DNA of 64,000 nucleotides from Candidatus Omnitrophota bacterium (GTDB lineage: Bacteria > Omnitrophota > Gorgyraeia > JACQQV01), in contig JACQQV010000021.1 in the NCBI GenBank assembly GCA_016206785.1, positions 63,509-127,508 of the forward strand, in the 5' to 3' direction. Shown here in pieces: positions 47,199 to 57,496 of this stretch; the first letter of the stretch is position 1; each line of letters begins with the position of its first letter. The notes beneath the pieces are model-generated. The model ran no database searches. It was not told the origin of the DNA and was given only the letters and a program-made list of their open reading frames with translations. A program made the translations under genes and the position numbers.

Positions 47199-48784
47199 TC
47201 TTTGACTCCATATTTCATTTTGTCCAACCTCCGAAGCGAAGAAGAAATGGAGCGGGATCGTGCCACTGCAGGAACAGGAATCGGTAATGTCCTCACCGCA
47301 GTTTTCACTTTCCCCACCCCTTCCTGGAGTTCTGGCGATGTTGATGTTTCAAACAAAAGCCCGCGAAGCATCAGCGCAGAGAGGATCCAGAAATAACCGG
47401 AAATTTCTTCATGGTGCAGGCGCGAACCAAACATGTTTGCCATAAGGACTCCGAAAAGCCCTGCGAGAAAGCCGAGGGCCGTTGCCTTCAAAAAAGGATC
47501 CTTTGCCGTCTTATAAAGGCGATACGTCTTCCAGATAATTAGGGAAAGGACCCATAAGAAAATGAGGAGTGCAGGAATCCCCATTTCTGCGGCGATAATG
47601 ATGTAACTATTGTGAGCGTCCATGCGTCGTCCGCGAAGTTCAGGGGCATAGAAGGGGATCACAGCCCCGAACGTTCCATATCCGGTTCCCCAAAAGGGGT
47701 AATCGGCGATGATCTTGAGCGCCCCTTTCCAGATGATGAGCCTTCCTCGGGAACTTCCCTCAAGAACGACTTCTTCACCCTCATACCCTTCGGCGGCAAT
47801 TTCTCTGCGACCCTGTTCATCCATCTGCTCCACATTCTTAAAGGTTGAAAGCAAACGATAAACAATCCCCTGAGGCAAAAGAATAGGATTCATGAGCGCA
47901 ATCACCAACGCGAAAATGGTGAAGACAAATAAGATTTTACTTCTGAAAAAAGAGAGGGCGAGGCCTCCGGCAAAAAAGGAAAGATACCCGCCGCGTGAAA
48001 AGGTGACCTGGATCCCACGGAAACAGATAAGCATTGGAACCAGAAGGAGCCAATATCGGGGTTTCGTGCTGTTGCACAGGAAAAAACTGCCAAAAAGAAA
48101 CATGTAATAACAAAAGAAAGCGGCAAGCATGTTCGGCTGCTCCGCAATCCCTCCCACCCGCTCTTTTTCAATGCTTCCCACTTGCCCGATGTCGATATGT
48201 TCTTTAATGGTCAAGAGCCCGACCACGGCGACAGCGATCATGATGATCAAAACAACTGTTTTAAGAGTCCGACGGTCCCTTACAATCAAGAGAGTGAGGA
48301 AATAAAGGAAAATAGGTGTGAGCCATCTCTTAAGAGGAATAATAAATTTCTCCATATACCACGCGCCATATTCCCAGCTCCCTCGGATAAGACTGATGGC
48401 TCCTACCAAGGCAAAAAGAAAGACCGCGAAATTTAAGGCCGATTTTGGAAAGGTTCCCACCTTTTCCTTCTTGAGGGGAGACATGTATCCAAAAATCGCC
48501 AAAAGGCACAAAATATTCATGAGATTTAAGGCGGTCATCAGCCCGCCGAAATTCCCTTGCAAGGTACGACTAAAAGGAAGATAGGCCACTAACACATAAA
48601 AGGGAATTTCAGGATAGAAAAGAGTGCTAAAGAAAAGCGCTGCGCCTCCCAATATCCCCCCCATCACAATGGCGGGGAGGGGAAGCGAGATCTCCTTGTT
48701 CACGACATAAGCAAGAATGAGACTCAGGACGCCGAATACGAAGAGCGGTTTCCAGGAAACTCTTTCAGAAACATTATTTCTCAT
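47195..48784 (-). CDS. O-antigen ligase / Wzy polymerase family protein
   Basis: About 12 TM segments; QPN, TFSRGG, R..IW, P..G.G.G, AHNSY...AE.G. Confidence 0.88.
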   Translation of the reverse strand: MRNNVSERVSWKPLFVFGVLSLILAYVVNKEISLPLPAIVMGGILGGAALFFSTLFYPEIPFYVLVAYLPFSRTLQGNFGGLMTALNLMNILCLLAIFGYMSPLKKEKVGTFPKSALNFAVFLFALVGAISLIRGSWEYGAWYMEKFIIPLKRWLTPIFLYFLTLLIVRDRRTLKTVVLIIMIAVAVVGLLTIKEHIDIGQVGSIEKERVGGIAEQPNMLAAFFCYYMFLFGSFFLCNSTKPRYWLLLVPMLICFRGIQVTFSRGGYLSFFAGGLALSFFRSKILFVFTIFALVIALMNPILLPQGIVYRLLSTFKNVEQMDEQGRREIAAEGYEGEEVVLEGSSRGRLIIWKGALKIIADYPFWGTGYGTFGAVIPFYAPELRGRRMDAHNSYIIIAAEMGIPALLIFLWVLSLIIWKTYRLYKTAKDPFLKATALGFLAGLFGVLMANMFGSRLHHEEISGYFWILSALMLRGLLFETSTSPELQEGVGKVKTAVRTLPIPVPAVARSRSISSSLRRLDKMKYGVKE

Positions 48785-51515
48785 GTTGAGAGACCTTTTC
48801 TGCCAAGGAAAGAATGCGATTCACAAAATGTGTCAGGGAAAATTCATTTTGGACCCGCTCATAAGCCTTCTCCACCATTTTCTGGACTTCGGAGCCTCCT
48901 CCCATGACGCGAAGGATCGCTTCGCGAAGAGCCACCGGATCTCCTGGAGGAACCACAATCCCAGTAACCTCCGGCGTGACATGGTCAAGTACCCCCGGAA
49001 CTTCACTCACAATGACTGGCTTTTTGAGAGCCATCGCGTTTAAGTAGCTCTGTTGGCCTGTGCTTTGAAGGAGACCTCGCGTGAGAGGAAGAACCACCAT
49101 CCGGGCCCCCGCCATGAGTTTCCGAAATCCGAGGGGATCTGTTGTTTGAGCAGTCACATGAGGAGGAAGGGGTTTTCCATTCCAGAAAGCCACCTGTTTT
49201 GCAACGATCAGAGTCGGGAACGAAAGGGATCGGACCGCCTCAAGAAGCGTTTCATAATCTCTGGAGGAGTCCCCACCGGCAAAAATATAATTCCCGTTTT
49301 TTCCTTCTACGTCATATCCATCGAGTGACGCATGATGCGGCATAAAAACGAATTTTTCTCTCGGAATTTTGAAATAAGCACTATAGGTGTCGCACTCCTG
49401 CCGCGACCAGACGAGAAATAGTCTTACCGAGCGGGCAATCCATCGGAGGACCATCCCCTTCCACCACTTCCGAAGAGGATTCGTTTCAGATTTCCAAAGA
49501 CAACAGGTCATCAGGTGCGGAATTCTTTTGCCCGGTAAGAGGGACTGAAGTATTGCGAAAAAGCCATCTTCTCTTTCGCATCCTGTAATAAGAACATCAT
49601 ATTTTCGTCTCGCCTTAAGGAGACGAAACGCCAGGGTCCAGTCCCGGAAACCCCAATGGCCCAAGAGACCTCGTTTTTCCTCACTCCTCGGCTTTAAGAG
49701 AGTGGTCTCCTTTTGCCAGTGAGGACTTTGTGGAATGGGATAGGTCGTCAGGATCCGGACGCCGCTACGATTCAGCTGAGGGCGTGTCAATATGTTAGGA
49801 AGAGAATGGGAAATTTCCTTCTTCGCCTCAAACAGCCTTTCAAAAATCGTCATTCCCTTGATCCGGAAGCTCAGAATCCTTTGGCCGGTCTCGCAAATTC
49901 CAATGCGACGATAGGTCCGAAGGGACGTCTCGTTTTGGACATTAATCACGCAGTAGAGATACCGAATTCCTTCCTCAGCGAGTCGATTGCAAAACTCTTC
50001 AAAGGCCTTCAGGGCAATTCCTTTCCCGCGATACTCTGCCTGGGTCATTGCGTCGTAAAAGAAGGCCTCGTTTTCTCTAAGGGGGAATCTTCTCGAATTC
50101 TCCCACACGCACCACTCGTTCGGACTAACCCAGGTCGTATGAATCAGCTTGCCGTTGACAAAGGCTCCGAAACAACGATGCCCCCGCTTCCACCGCACTC
50201 CGAATTTATCAACGTCGTTCGTCTCTTTGAGTCTCGCAATCTCGCTCAGAGTCGCACGGTCCCCAGCGTCGAGCCAGCGGTATTCTATACCACCTCCTAC
50301 AACAGTTCGAACACCCTTTGCCCTGTTGTTTCTGGAATCCATCACAAAGACCTTAAAAAGATCCCTCTGAAACCAACGGCTCTTGGGATTCATTTTCTTA
50401 AGAAAACTCCGAACGGTAGAAGGAAAATGGACGAGCCTTTGTAACCAGGTCAATAACCTCCCCCGGAAGGTCGTCCCCAAGATCAGAACCCTCCCCACCT
50501 CTCGGATACCCTGGGTCCAGTCATACTTGTAGTTCTCCCCCCCACGCAACAGATCCACCTCCCGAATCCCCCGCTTGCAGCAGTCCTCGAGGATATATCC
50601 CATGAGGATTTGAAAAACCCCCGATTGCTTGTAGGCCGGATCGAAGCCGGTCTGATAGGCAAAGAGCCGCCCCTGATACTCAAAACCGTACTGAACAGCA
50701 ACCCGCTTCCCGTTGAGTTCAAGAAAAGAGAGATGGAGCCGACCGCGTCCGGCCAACTCCTGGGCCAGGCGACTGTGGAAGAGACGGTACGCCTCGAAAC
50801 TGAACTTGTCCGCCGACCCAATCGAAATCCTGCGCTTTCCATGGAGCTCCATAAAATTTTGCATGTCTTGCTCAAGGGTGGAGGGGTTCCCGGCTTTTAC
50901 AAAAGTTGTTTGGAATTCCCTGTTCAGCTTCGTCCGGCGCCTTCGGATATTTTTCTGCATGCTGTCCTTCAGAGAGGCGACGTAAGTATCCCATCCCTGC
51001 CCGTCCAGTTGGACATAGGGGGCAACCTCCCCCAAGCGCTTCTCAATCAGGGCCCTCCCACTCCCCTTGAGCTCTTCCCCGAGACGTCGACAGAAAGGAT
51101 CCTCTACATCGATATCGCGCAACATCATCGTGTCCCACTCATGTTGAATAGAGACGAGGAAATCCTTCACCTTCTGGATAACCGCCTCTTCATAGCCGGG
51201 AGCCACAAGGCCAGTGAGATGATCAGGGCAAACCAGGCCACCTGTTCCGACAAAACGAAGTTCCCTTACCGAAAGGATCTTTTTCATCTTACGTCGCGTC
51301 AGATAGAATGGAACGCCGCCGACCAGTTGATCTTTATCATAGGCAAGTAAAAGATAAAGCTGATTTCCCCTGCCGAAGACGGACCACCAACTCCCGAGCC
51401 ACTCAACCGTCAAAAAGATGTTGGGACGCGGCGCGGCATCGAGGAGGGCATTCCACTCCCCCCGCACCTGATAAAATTCCCGCAGTGTCTGAATCACCCG
51501 TACAGAAAGAGACAT
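48774..51515 (-). CDS. Fusion: CelD/BcsL-like GNAT + GNAT + GT4
   Basis: F.T.EW..W, YQTGFD, DLLRG.E.YK..W; EYRGKGIA..N..S; RDY.TL, GQQSYLNAMA..KPVI. Confidence 0.85.
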   Translation of the reverse strand: MSLSVRVIQTLREFYQVRGEWNALLDAAPRPNIFLTVEWLGSWWSVFGRGNQLYLLLAYDKDQLVGGVPFYLTRRKMKKILSVRELRFVGTGGLVCPDHLTGLVAPGYEEAVIQKVKDFLVSIQHEWDTMMLRDIDVEDPFCRRLGEELKGSGRALIEKRLGEVAPYVQLDGQGWDTYVASLKDSMQKNIRRRRTKLNREFQTTFVKAGNPSTLEQDMQNFMELHGKRRISIGSADKFSFEAYRLFHSRLAQELAGRGRLHLSFLELNGKRVAVQYGFEYQGRLFAYQTGFDPAYKQSGVFQILMGYILEDCCKRGIREVDLLRGGENYKYDWTQGIREVGRVLILGTTFRGRLLTWLQRLVHFPSTVRSFLKKMNPKSRWFQRDLFKVFVMDSRNNRAKGVRTVVGGGIEYRWLDAGDRATLSEIARLKETNDVDKFGVRWKRGHRCFGAFVNGKLIHTTWVSPNEWCVWENSRRFPLRENEAFFYDAMTQAEYRGKGIALKAFEEFCNRLAEEGIRYLYCVINVQNETSLRTYRRIGICETGQRILSFRIKGMTIFERLFEAKKEISHSLPNILTRPQLNRSGVRILTTYPIPQSPHWQKETTLLKPRSEEKRGLLGHWGFRDWTLAFRLLKARRKYDVLITGCEREDGFFAILQSLLPGKRIPHLMTCCLWKSETNPLRKWWKGMVLRWIARSVRLFLVWSRQECDTYSAYFKIPREKFVFMPHHASLDGYDVEGKNGNYIFAGGDSSRDYETLLEAVRSLSFPTLIVAKQVAFWNGKPLPPHVTAQTTDPLGFRKLMAGARMVVLPLTRGLLQSTGQQSYLNAMALKKPVIVSEVPGVLDHVTPEVTGIVVPPGDPVALREAILRVMGGGSEVQKMVEKAYERVQNEFSLTHFVNRILSLAEKVSQHEK

Positions 51516-53665
51516 TATCGATACCCCAACAGCCGGCAGGCCAATGTGCTGAACGGCTCTTCGTAGGCCGGCACCCGTTTCAGAATAAATGGTTCTTGAA
51601 AGTCGCGATTGACCCCGTAAAGGGTGGTGCAGGCGGCTGTGAATCCATTTGCCTTAAGGGCGCCAATGGCCCTTTCATCGAAATCTCCCGCTTCGCCGTT
51701 CGGATAGGCAAAAAGGGTTACCCTTTGCCCCGTCATCGCTTCAATCCGTTCCTTCGACCCGACAATCTCCTTCTCCAACATCCCGTTACTCATTTTGGAG
51801 AGGATCGGATGAGAGATGGTGTGGGCACCAAAAGAGATCCCTGCTTGCGACATCACTTTCGCCTCCTCCCACGTCATCATCCTCGCACCGTCTTGGTGAA
51901 AAAACGTGGGCGTCATCTGCGCCAGTTTCTCGACGAGGGTATTCCTCTCTGGATCCGGCAACCGCTTCAGCCATTCTTTCAACGCCTTGAGGGTGGTTAT
52001 TTTTTCCCAGACGGTTTTTGTCGGAAAACGTCTTTCGATGCCGTTTCCGCCAAGGGTCAATGTCTCTCCCTCGAAACGGGAAACCAACGAGGTGACACAA
52101 TCTGTCCAGAGCGGCCTCTGGTCATCCATCGCGCCCGTTGTCAGAAAGACGGTCGCCGGAAGTTTCATCGCGGAAAGGGCCGGAAAGGCGACCGAGAATG
52201 TGTTTCGGATGCCGTCGTCAAACGTCAGACTGACCGTCCGGCGAGGAACTCTTTTGCCTCGGGAGAGGGTATCCACCACCTCTCCAAGAGGGAGTACCGT
52301 AAAGTGACGCTTTAAAAAAGCGAGCTGCCGTTCGAAATGTGTAACGCTAATCCCGGTAAAATAGGGAACCTCTTCTTTCAAAACACGGTGATACATGAGG
52401 ATCGAAAATGCGTTCTCTCTTCCGAGGCGCCAAGGAACCGCACGGGTCCCCGACCAGGCCACATCCGCCGCTCTTTCCAAGAGGGTCCGTCGAAGGCGCC
52501 GTTTGACCTGTGCAAGTAGCTTTCCCTTCGCACGGAGACGCAACCGCTCATAAGTTTCAAGAGCCTCTCCTGCCACACGCGCCATTGAAAAATGCCGTAA
52601 GATCCTCTCCCGCCCCGATTCCGACATCTTTTTTCTCTTCTCATGATTTGTAATAAGTTCTTTCATCGCTTCTGCGAGCGCCGAGGGGTCGGAAGGAGGG
52701 ATTAGAATTCCATCCTGGCCGTTTCTAACCAATTCCGGAATACCCCCTACCTCCGTCGCAATGACCGCCTTTCCAAGGGCCATCGCTTCTGCGATGGCAA
52801 GCCCAAGTCCCTCTCCCAAAGAGGGAAGGACAACGAGATCCATCGCCGCCATGACCGGTTTTACGTCCGACTGCCACGGAATAAAACGGATCTTCCCGCC
52901 CAGCGATAACGTTTCCGCAAGGTTCCGAATCCGTTCTTCATAAGCCCCTTTTCCGTTCGCTCCGACCAGAAAAAACGAAACATTTTTCTCCCTTTCCAGA
53001 ACCTTCTGTGCGGCGTTAAGAAACTGATCATGCCCCTTCCCTTCCACAAACCGTGCGATCATCCCTACCGCGCACTCCCCTTCCGGCAAGGCGAGTTTTT
53101 GCCGCTCATCGCTTCTCACCGACGGATTCATCTCAAATTCGCGAAGGTCGATTCCGTCGTAGAGGGTCTTAACGCTCCGGGATCCCTTCAAGGAGTCGAG
53201 CCGGTAAACATTCCTTACCGCATTCGAGACACACAAATATTCATCGACCCAACGGCTCGCCCAGCGGGAAAGATTTCCCATAAACATTGTCTCGTTTCCG
53301 CGCGCATGCGAAACCAAAGGAATGCCTAAGCATTTCGCAGCCGCTGCGCCGGATAAGCCAGAGGCGACACCCGTATTCAAATGGACGATTTCTACTTTTT
53401 CCTTAAGACAGAGCGCGGTAAGAAAAAGGATCTCGGCGAATAAACGGGGGATAATAAAGAGTTTTCCCCTTCCAAAGAATTTCGGAATCGTGAAAATAGA
53501 TACCCCCAATTCACGGAGTTTCTCAACATTCGGGCCTGTCTTTCGCACGGCAACCGTCGGAGTCACCCCATGATGCTGTAACACCTTGGCCAGCCGGTAG
53601 AGCGAAGCGGAGGATCCGCCGGAACCTGAACCCGCTTCGATATAGAGCACATGGAGGGCACTCAT
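51515..53665 (-). CDS. Fusion: GT4 + polysaccharide deacetylase
   Basis: EGLGLAIAEAMA followed by ILMYHRV, LTFDDG, GAHT.SHP, FAYPNG. Confidence 0.9.
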   Translation of the reverse strand: MSALHVLYIEAGSGSGGSSASLYRLAKVLQHHGVTPTVAVRKTGPNVEKLRELGVSIFTIPKFFGRGKLFIIPRLFAEILFLTALCLKEKVEIVHLNTGVASGLSGAAAAKCLGIPLVSHARGNETMFMGNLSRWASRWVDEYLCVSNAVRNVYRLDSLKGSRSVKTLYDGIDLREFEMNPSVRSDERQKLALPEGECAVGMIARFVEGKGHDQFLNAAQKVLEREKNVSFFLVGANGKGAYEERIRNLAETLSLGGKIRFIPWQSDVKPVMAAMDLVVLPSLGEGLGLAIAEAMALGKAVIATEVGGIPELVRNGQDGILIPPSDPSALAEAMKELITNHEKRKKMSESGRERILRHFSMARVAGEALETYERLRLRAKGKLLAQVKRRLRRTLLERAADVAWSGTRAVPWRLGRENAFSILMYHRVLKEEVPYFTGISVTHFERQLAFLKRHFTVLPLGEVVDTLSRGKRVPRRTVSLTFDDGIRNTFSVAFPALSAMKLPATVFLTTGAMDDQRPLWTDCVTSLVSRFEGETLTLGGNGIERRFPTKTVWEKITTLKALKEWLKRLPDPERNTLVEKLAQMTPTFFHQDGARMMTWEEAKVMSQAGISFGAHTISHPILSKMSNGMLEKEIVGSKERIEAMTGQRVTLFAYPNGEAGDFDERAIGALKANGFTAACTTLYGVNRDFQEPFILKRVPAYEEPFSTLACRLLGYR

Positions 53666-54609
53666 TCGTCTTTACGCTCCTTCAAAGTTGCTACTGCACA
53701 GACGCCGCTCGCGGCAGTTGCCAGATACGGTTTCACATGTTTGAACAGTTTTACAACTCCTCCATCTGTATCCTCTTCAAAATAGCTCCCCAATGTGGGT
53801 TGGGACCAGACGGCGGCGGCAAAATGTCGCGTCGCACTCCGATACAAACGTTTACGATAGTACTCCTTCGCCAAGAGGTAATGGCGAACGGCCAGCCGTG
53901 TTTTCAAAAGAGGCGTATAGTATTTAAACATCGGGTCTCTCAAGAGTTTTTGAAATATCTTAATCTGTTCACCAAACATATGGATGAGGTTAGATGAGAG
54001 GCTCTGATTGGAAAGACGGTAGGTTGCGAGCGTTTCCCGGAGACCACAAAAGTCATACCTCGCCGCCAATCTCATCCAGAGATCGTAATCATCGGGACCC
54101 TTCAGGCTCTCATCAAAACCACCCACCGCTTTGATGCATTCCAGACGCGCTACCACCGTAAGCGTCGGAATAAAATTCATCTGCAGGAGTTCTTCGAGTG
54201 TCTCGGGATGAACCTTATCTGGCTTATTCCCGAGAAAATGCCCTTCATCGTCTACCACCTGTGCTATTGCATAAAGGAAGCCAAGCGTCGGACGACGTTC
54301 CAGAAATGCTACTTGCCGTTCCAGTTTTTCGGGAAGCCAGGAGTCATCATCATCAAGAAATCCCACATATGTCCCCCGCGCTTCCCCGATACCCCTATTG
54401 CGGGCTGCGGCGACGCCGCGATTGGTCTGGAAAAAGTAGCGTACGGCTCTCCCGAATTTCGCGACCAGATCGGCTGTCCCATCTGTCGAGCCGTCATCCA
54501 CCACAATCAGTTCCCAGTCCTGATAGGTCTGGTCCAAGACGCTTTGAATCGCCCTTGACAGAAGATGGGCCCGGTTATACGTTGGGAGTATCACACTAAC
54601 TTTTGGCAT
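53662..54609 (-). CDS. GT2 glycosyltransferase
   Basis: VSVILPTYNR, DDGSTD, ARN.G, FLDDDD, DDYDLW. Confidence 0.93.
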   Translation of the reverse strand: MPKVSVILPTYNRAHLLSRAIQSVLDQTYQDWELIVVDDGSTDGTADLVAKFGRAVRYFFQTNRGVAAARNRGIGEARGTYVGFLDDDDSWLPEKLERQVAFLERRPTLGFLYAIAQVVDDEGHFLGNKPDKVHPETLEELLQMNFIPTLTVVARLECIKAVGGFDESLKGPDDYDLWMRLAARYDFCGLRETLATYRLSNQSLSSNLIHMFGEQIKIFQKLLRDPMFKYYTPLLKTRLAVRHYLLAKEYYRKRLYRSATRHFAAAVWSQPTLGSYFEEDTDGGVVKLFKHVKPYLATAASGVCAVATLKERKDE

Positions 54610-55768
54610 GGTTCATCCTTAAATAACGACCACTCTTTCGTTCTTTCCAGAACTCCTCTTTGACTGAAAATTTGTTCAATAAAGCGGAGAAGAGCACCTT
54701 TAAACGGGATATTTGACACGGGTGTCCAAAATAGTACTTCAGATAAAACGTAGCCCCGGGGCGGTCTTCGATGAGAATGCGCAACATCGCCTCGCGTGTC
54801 CGCCGGGCTTCCTTCGGCCAATGTTTAAGTAATTTTAAATAATCGCTTTCGGCATCCCGTATCAAATTGGCCAGGCGGAAGAGAGTATTGGAAACGTATG
54901 TTTCCTCCTCATTTTCCAACTTCTTTTCCTGACGGCGTATGAATTCCTGGGTCGCCTGCATGTCTCCTTTGGCGAACGCCTCCACAAGATTGTATTGATC
55001 ATGGGCAAGAAGGCTCCGCCTCGTAAGAGTTCTCTTTTCCTCCTCATTCTTTAGAAAGGAGGAACGATAGGCAAGGGCCTCATCGGTCACGCGTAGCCCC
55101 AGGCGGAGATACCTCCAAAGATCCCGCTGACGCAGTTGTATGAAATTGGATTGTCCATGTCGTCGGTGCGCAACGGTCCAAGCACGCAGACGGACCATTT
55201 GTGTCCTTGAAGAGAGACGGAGCCACAACGAATAATCGGACATCCCGGAGTGCTCTTCAGGCCAGCCTCCCGCCTCTTCCAGCGCTTTCCTTCGGAAAAG
55301 AGCGGTGGCAGGGGCGCAGCCCAATCCGTGCATCGGGTAAAATTCCCACGGATCAAAGGTCTCAACGCCCACATCAGAAAGGTCGTATCGCACATCGCTA
55401 CCGTCTTGAAAAGGCCGCATCTGCGCAACGGCGGCAGAAACTTCGGGATGCCTTTCAAGGGTTTCGTTCAATAACGCCAAATGTTCCGGATGCCAAAGGT
55501 CATCCTGGTCCAAAAATGCCACACGCTCTGCGCGGGTGTGGGAAAGCCCAAAATTTCTTGAAGCGGTTCCGCCCTTCTTGATCGCGGAATCCTTCACAAG
55601 AAAACGGACGCCTGGATAGCTTTTAATTAATTCCGGAGAACCGTCCGTGGAGCCATCATCGACCACAATGACCTCTTCGGGCTTAAGGCGCTGCGCAAAA
55701 ACCGAATCGAGAGTCTCGCGAATCCATTTTGCCCCGTTGTAAAGCGGAATAATGACAGCGATCGCCAT
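54596..55768 (-). CDS. GT2 glycosyltransferase
   Basis: VIIPLYN, DDGSTD, FLDQDD, SDY.LW. Confidence 0.9.
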   Translation of the reverse strand: MAIAVIIPLYNGAKWIRETLDSVFAQRLKPEEVIVVDDGSTDGSPELIKSYPGVRFLVKDSAIKKGGTASRNFGLSHTRAERVAFLDQDDLWHPEHLALLNETLERHPEVSAAVAQMRPFQDGSDVRYDLSDVGVETFDPWEFYPMHGLGCAPATALFRRKALEEAGGWPEEHSGMSDYSLWLRLSSRTQMVRLRAWTVAHRRHGQSNFIQLRQRDLWRYLRLGLRVTDEALAYRSSFLKNEEEKRTLTRRSLLAHDQYNLVEAFAKGDMQATQEFIRRQEKKLENEEETYVSNTLFRLANLIRDAESDYLKLLKHWPKEARRTREAMLRILIEDRPGATFYLKYYFGHPCQISRLKVLFSALLNKFSVKEEFWKERKSGRYLRMNHAKS

Positions 55769-56721
55769 TACACTCCCTCTCTGTTCAAGTCAACCAAGTC
55801 TTCTATCGTTTCTTTCGATAGATACTGTTTCAACTGCCGCTCGGCAAACGCCTCTATCGCCGGGCCACGCTCCGGAAAGTGAGCGGCCGCATGGGAAGTG
55901 ATTAAAAGTCTCGGTGTCTTCCAGATGGAGTCGCTCTCCGAAACCGGTTCAGGAACGATCACGTCAAGGCCTGCCCCTCCCAGATGGCTTCCTCGTAGGA
56001 CTTTCACAAGCGCTTCTGTTTGTAGCGTCTCTCCCCGACCCACATTCACTAAAACCGCATGTTTAGGGAGTGACTGAAGCATCCCTTCGTCAAAGAGCGC
56101 TTCCGTGCTCGTATTTCGAGGGAGCGCAAGGAAACATAAATCTGCCTCTTTAAGATGCGTGGGCCAACTCTCAGCGTTGTAGCGGGCCTCGCAGAAAGGG
56201 GCCGCCAGTCCTTCTCCGCTACGCGAAGCCCCTATGACAAAAAGCCCCCGACTCTTTAAAATCTTTGCGATCTCCCGACCAATGTGGCTCATGCCGACCA
56301 CCATCGCCGTCTTGGGCGAAGGAAGTGGGGCAAGTTCCAAGTGCCATTTGGGTTGACTAGGACGTAGAAACTCATCTACCTTTCTTGTCACAAGACTATC
56401 GGAAAGTTTCAGTGCAAACCGGGCGATCACATCAGAAAAAAGGGTGCACCGTGACAGGATCACCTGTTTATCCCGAAGCATCTGAAGGGGAAGCCGATCT
56501 GTGCCGCCTGCGGTCGATTGGACCCATTTCAACCGGCGTACATGCGGCATCACCTGTCTTAAATAACGATGCCCGAAAATGACATCTGCCTCCTCTGCCG
56601 CCCGGATCGCCTCCTCCTCGGAATGTGCAACCGCGACATGGCTCTTTTGAGTGATCGCCTTCAATCTCGAGACGTGAGCCTCGCTCGGCTCATGGGTGCT
56701 ATACATTAAAAGAATATTCAT
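55768..56721 (-). CDS. D-2-hydroxyacid dehydrogenase-like NAD(P)-binding protein
   Basis: WVQS..AG.D, VGMSHIG (variant GxGxxG), NVGRG, LDV..PEP, TSH.A; start moved to ATG 56721. Confidence 0.85.
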   Translation of the reverse strand: MNILLMYSTHEPSEAHVSRLKAITQKSHVAVAHSEEEAIRAAEEADVIFGHRYLRQVMPHVRRLKWVQSTAGGTDRLPLQMLRDKQVILSRCTLFSDVIARFALKLSDSLVTRKVDEFLRPSQPKWHLELAPLPSPKTAMVVGMSHIGREIAKILKSRGLFVIGASRSGEGLAAPFCEARYNAESWPTHLKEADLCFLALPRNTSTEALFDEGMLQSLPKHAVLVNVGRGETLQTEALVKVLRGSHLGGAGLDVIVPEPVSESDSIWKTPRLLITSHAAAHFPERGPAIEAFAERQLKQYLSKETIEDLVDLNREGV

Positions 56722-57496
56722 GATGCAACATCTCCCGGATCGCTTCACAAAAACGCTCATGGTCCGCCGCTTTCGCTTCGGGTCCTCGCCGGCTACTCGC
56801 TTCAAAGGCGACGTGTATCGCCCGAACTTCGGCCACCAAGTCCCGATCTTTACATTCTTTTTTGAAGGTGCGTCGCATGAAGCTTAACCCGCACCCAAGG
56901 CGGGTTAACTCATGCAGAATATGCGTAAACCGAATCGGATATCCTCCCCCTAAAATGGTGACACCCCCAAATCCATACACTCTCCCTGGAAGCGCTTGGA
57001 AAATGCGCTCGACAGTCCCATCCAGAACGTATTCCCAAATCGATTTTCCCCCTTTTGCGATCATGAGGTCATTCAGTCCGATATAGACATACTCCCAGCC
57101 GAGTTTCGCAAGATCCCGACTCTCCGCCTCCAGTTGCGGCGTTTCAATTTGAACAAGGGTCTTTGCCCGACCTTTGACGATTTTAAGAAAGGACTCCACG
57201 TCCCGACAATTCCTTGCCATCGGAAGCATGAGGATCCTTGCGCCGTGGTCCAGTGCCGTTTCCACCTCTGTCGCGGTATGTGCCCCCGGACAATTGATCC
57301 GCACCGTCACAGGAATGTGCAGATGACTCGCGAGATTGGAGACATCCTCCGGCGAATCGCCGTTGATTTCAACGTCATACCCCTGCTGACGGCTCCCCTT
57401 TCCCTTCGTCTCCCAGTCCACAATGACGCTGTCAAGACCAGCGCGCTCTGCTTCTTGTGCGAGTGTCAAATCGGTTGTAAATAAAAATAATTTCAT
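56699..57496 (-). CDS. HpcH/HpaI aldolase / citrate lyase-like protein
   Basis: VD.E..GK..RQ, VRIN, MLPM, QIET, IGLNDL. Confidence 0.8.
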   Translation of the reverse strand: MKLFLFTTDLTLAQEAERAGLDSVIVDWETKGKGSRQQGYDVEINGDSPEDVSNLASHLHIPVTVRINCPGAHTATEVETALDHGARILMLPMARNCRDVESFLKIVKGRAKTLVQIETPQLEAESRDLAKLGWEYVYIGLNDLMIAKGGKSIWEYVLDGTVERIFQALPGRVYGFGGVTILGGGYPIRFTHILHELTRLGCGLSFMRRTFKKECKDRDLVAEVRAIHVAFEASSRRGPEAKAADHERFCEAIREMLHHEYSFNV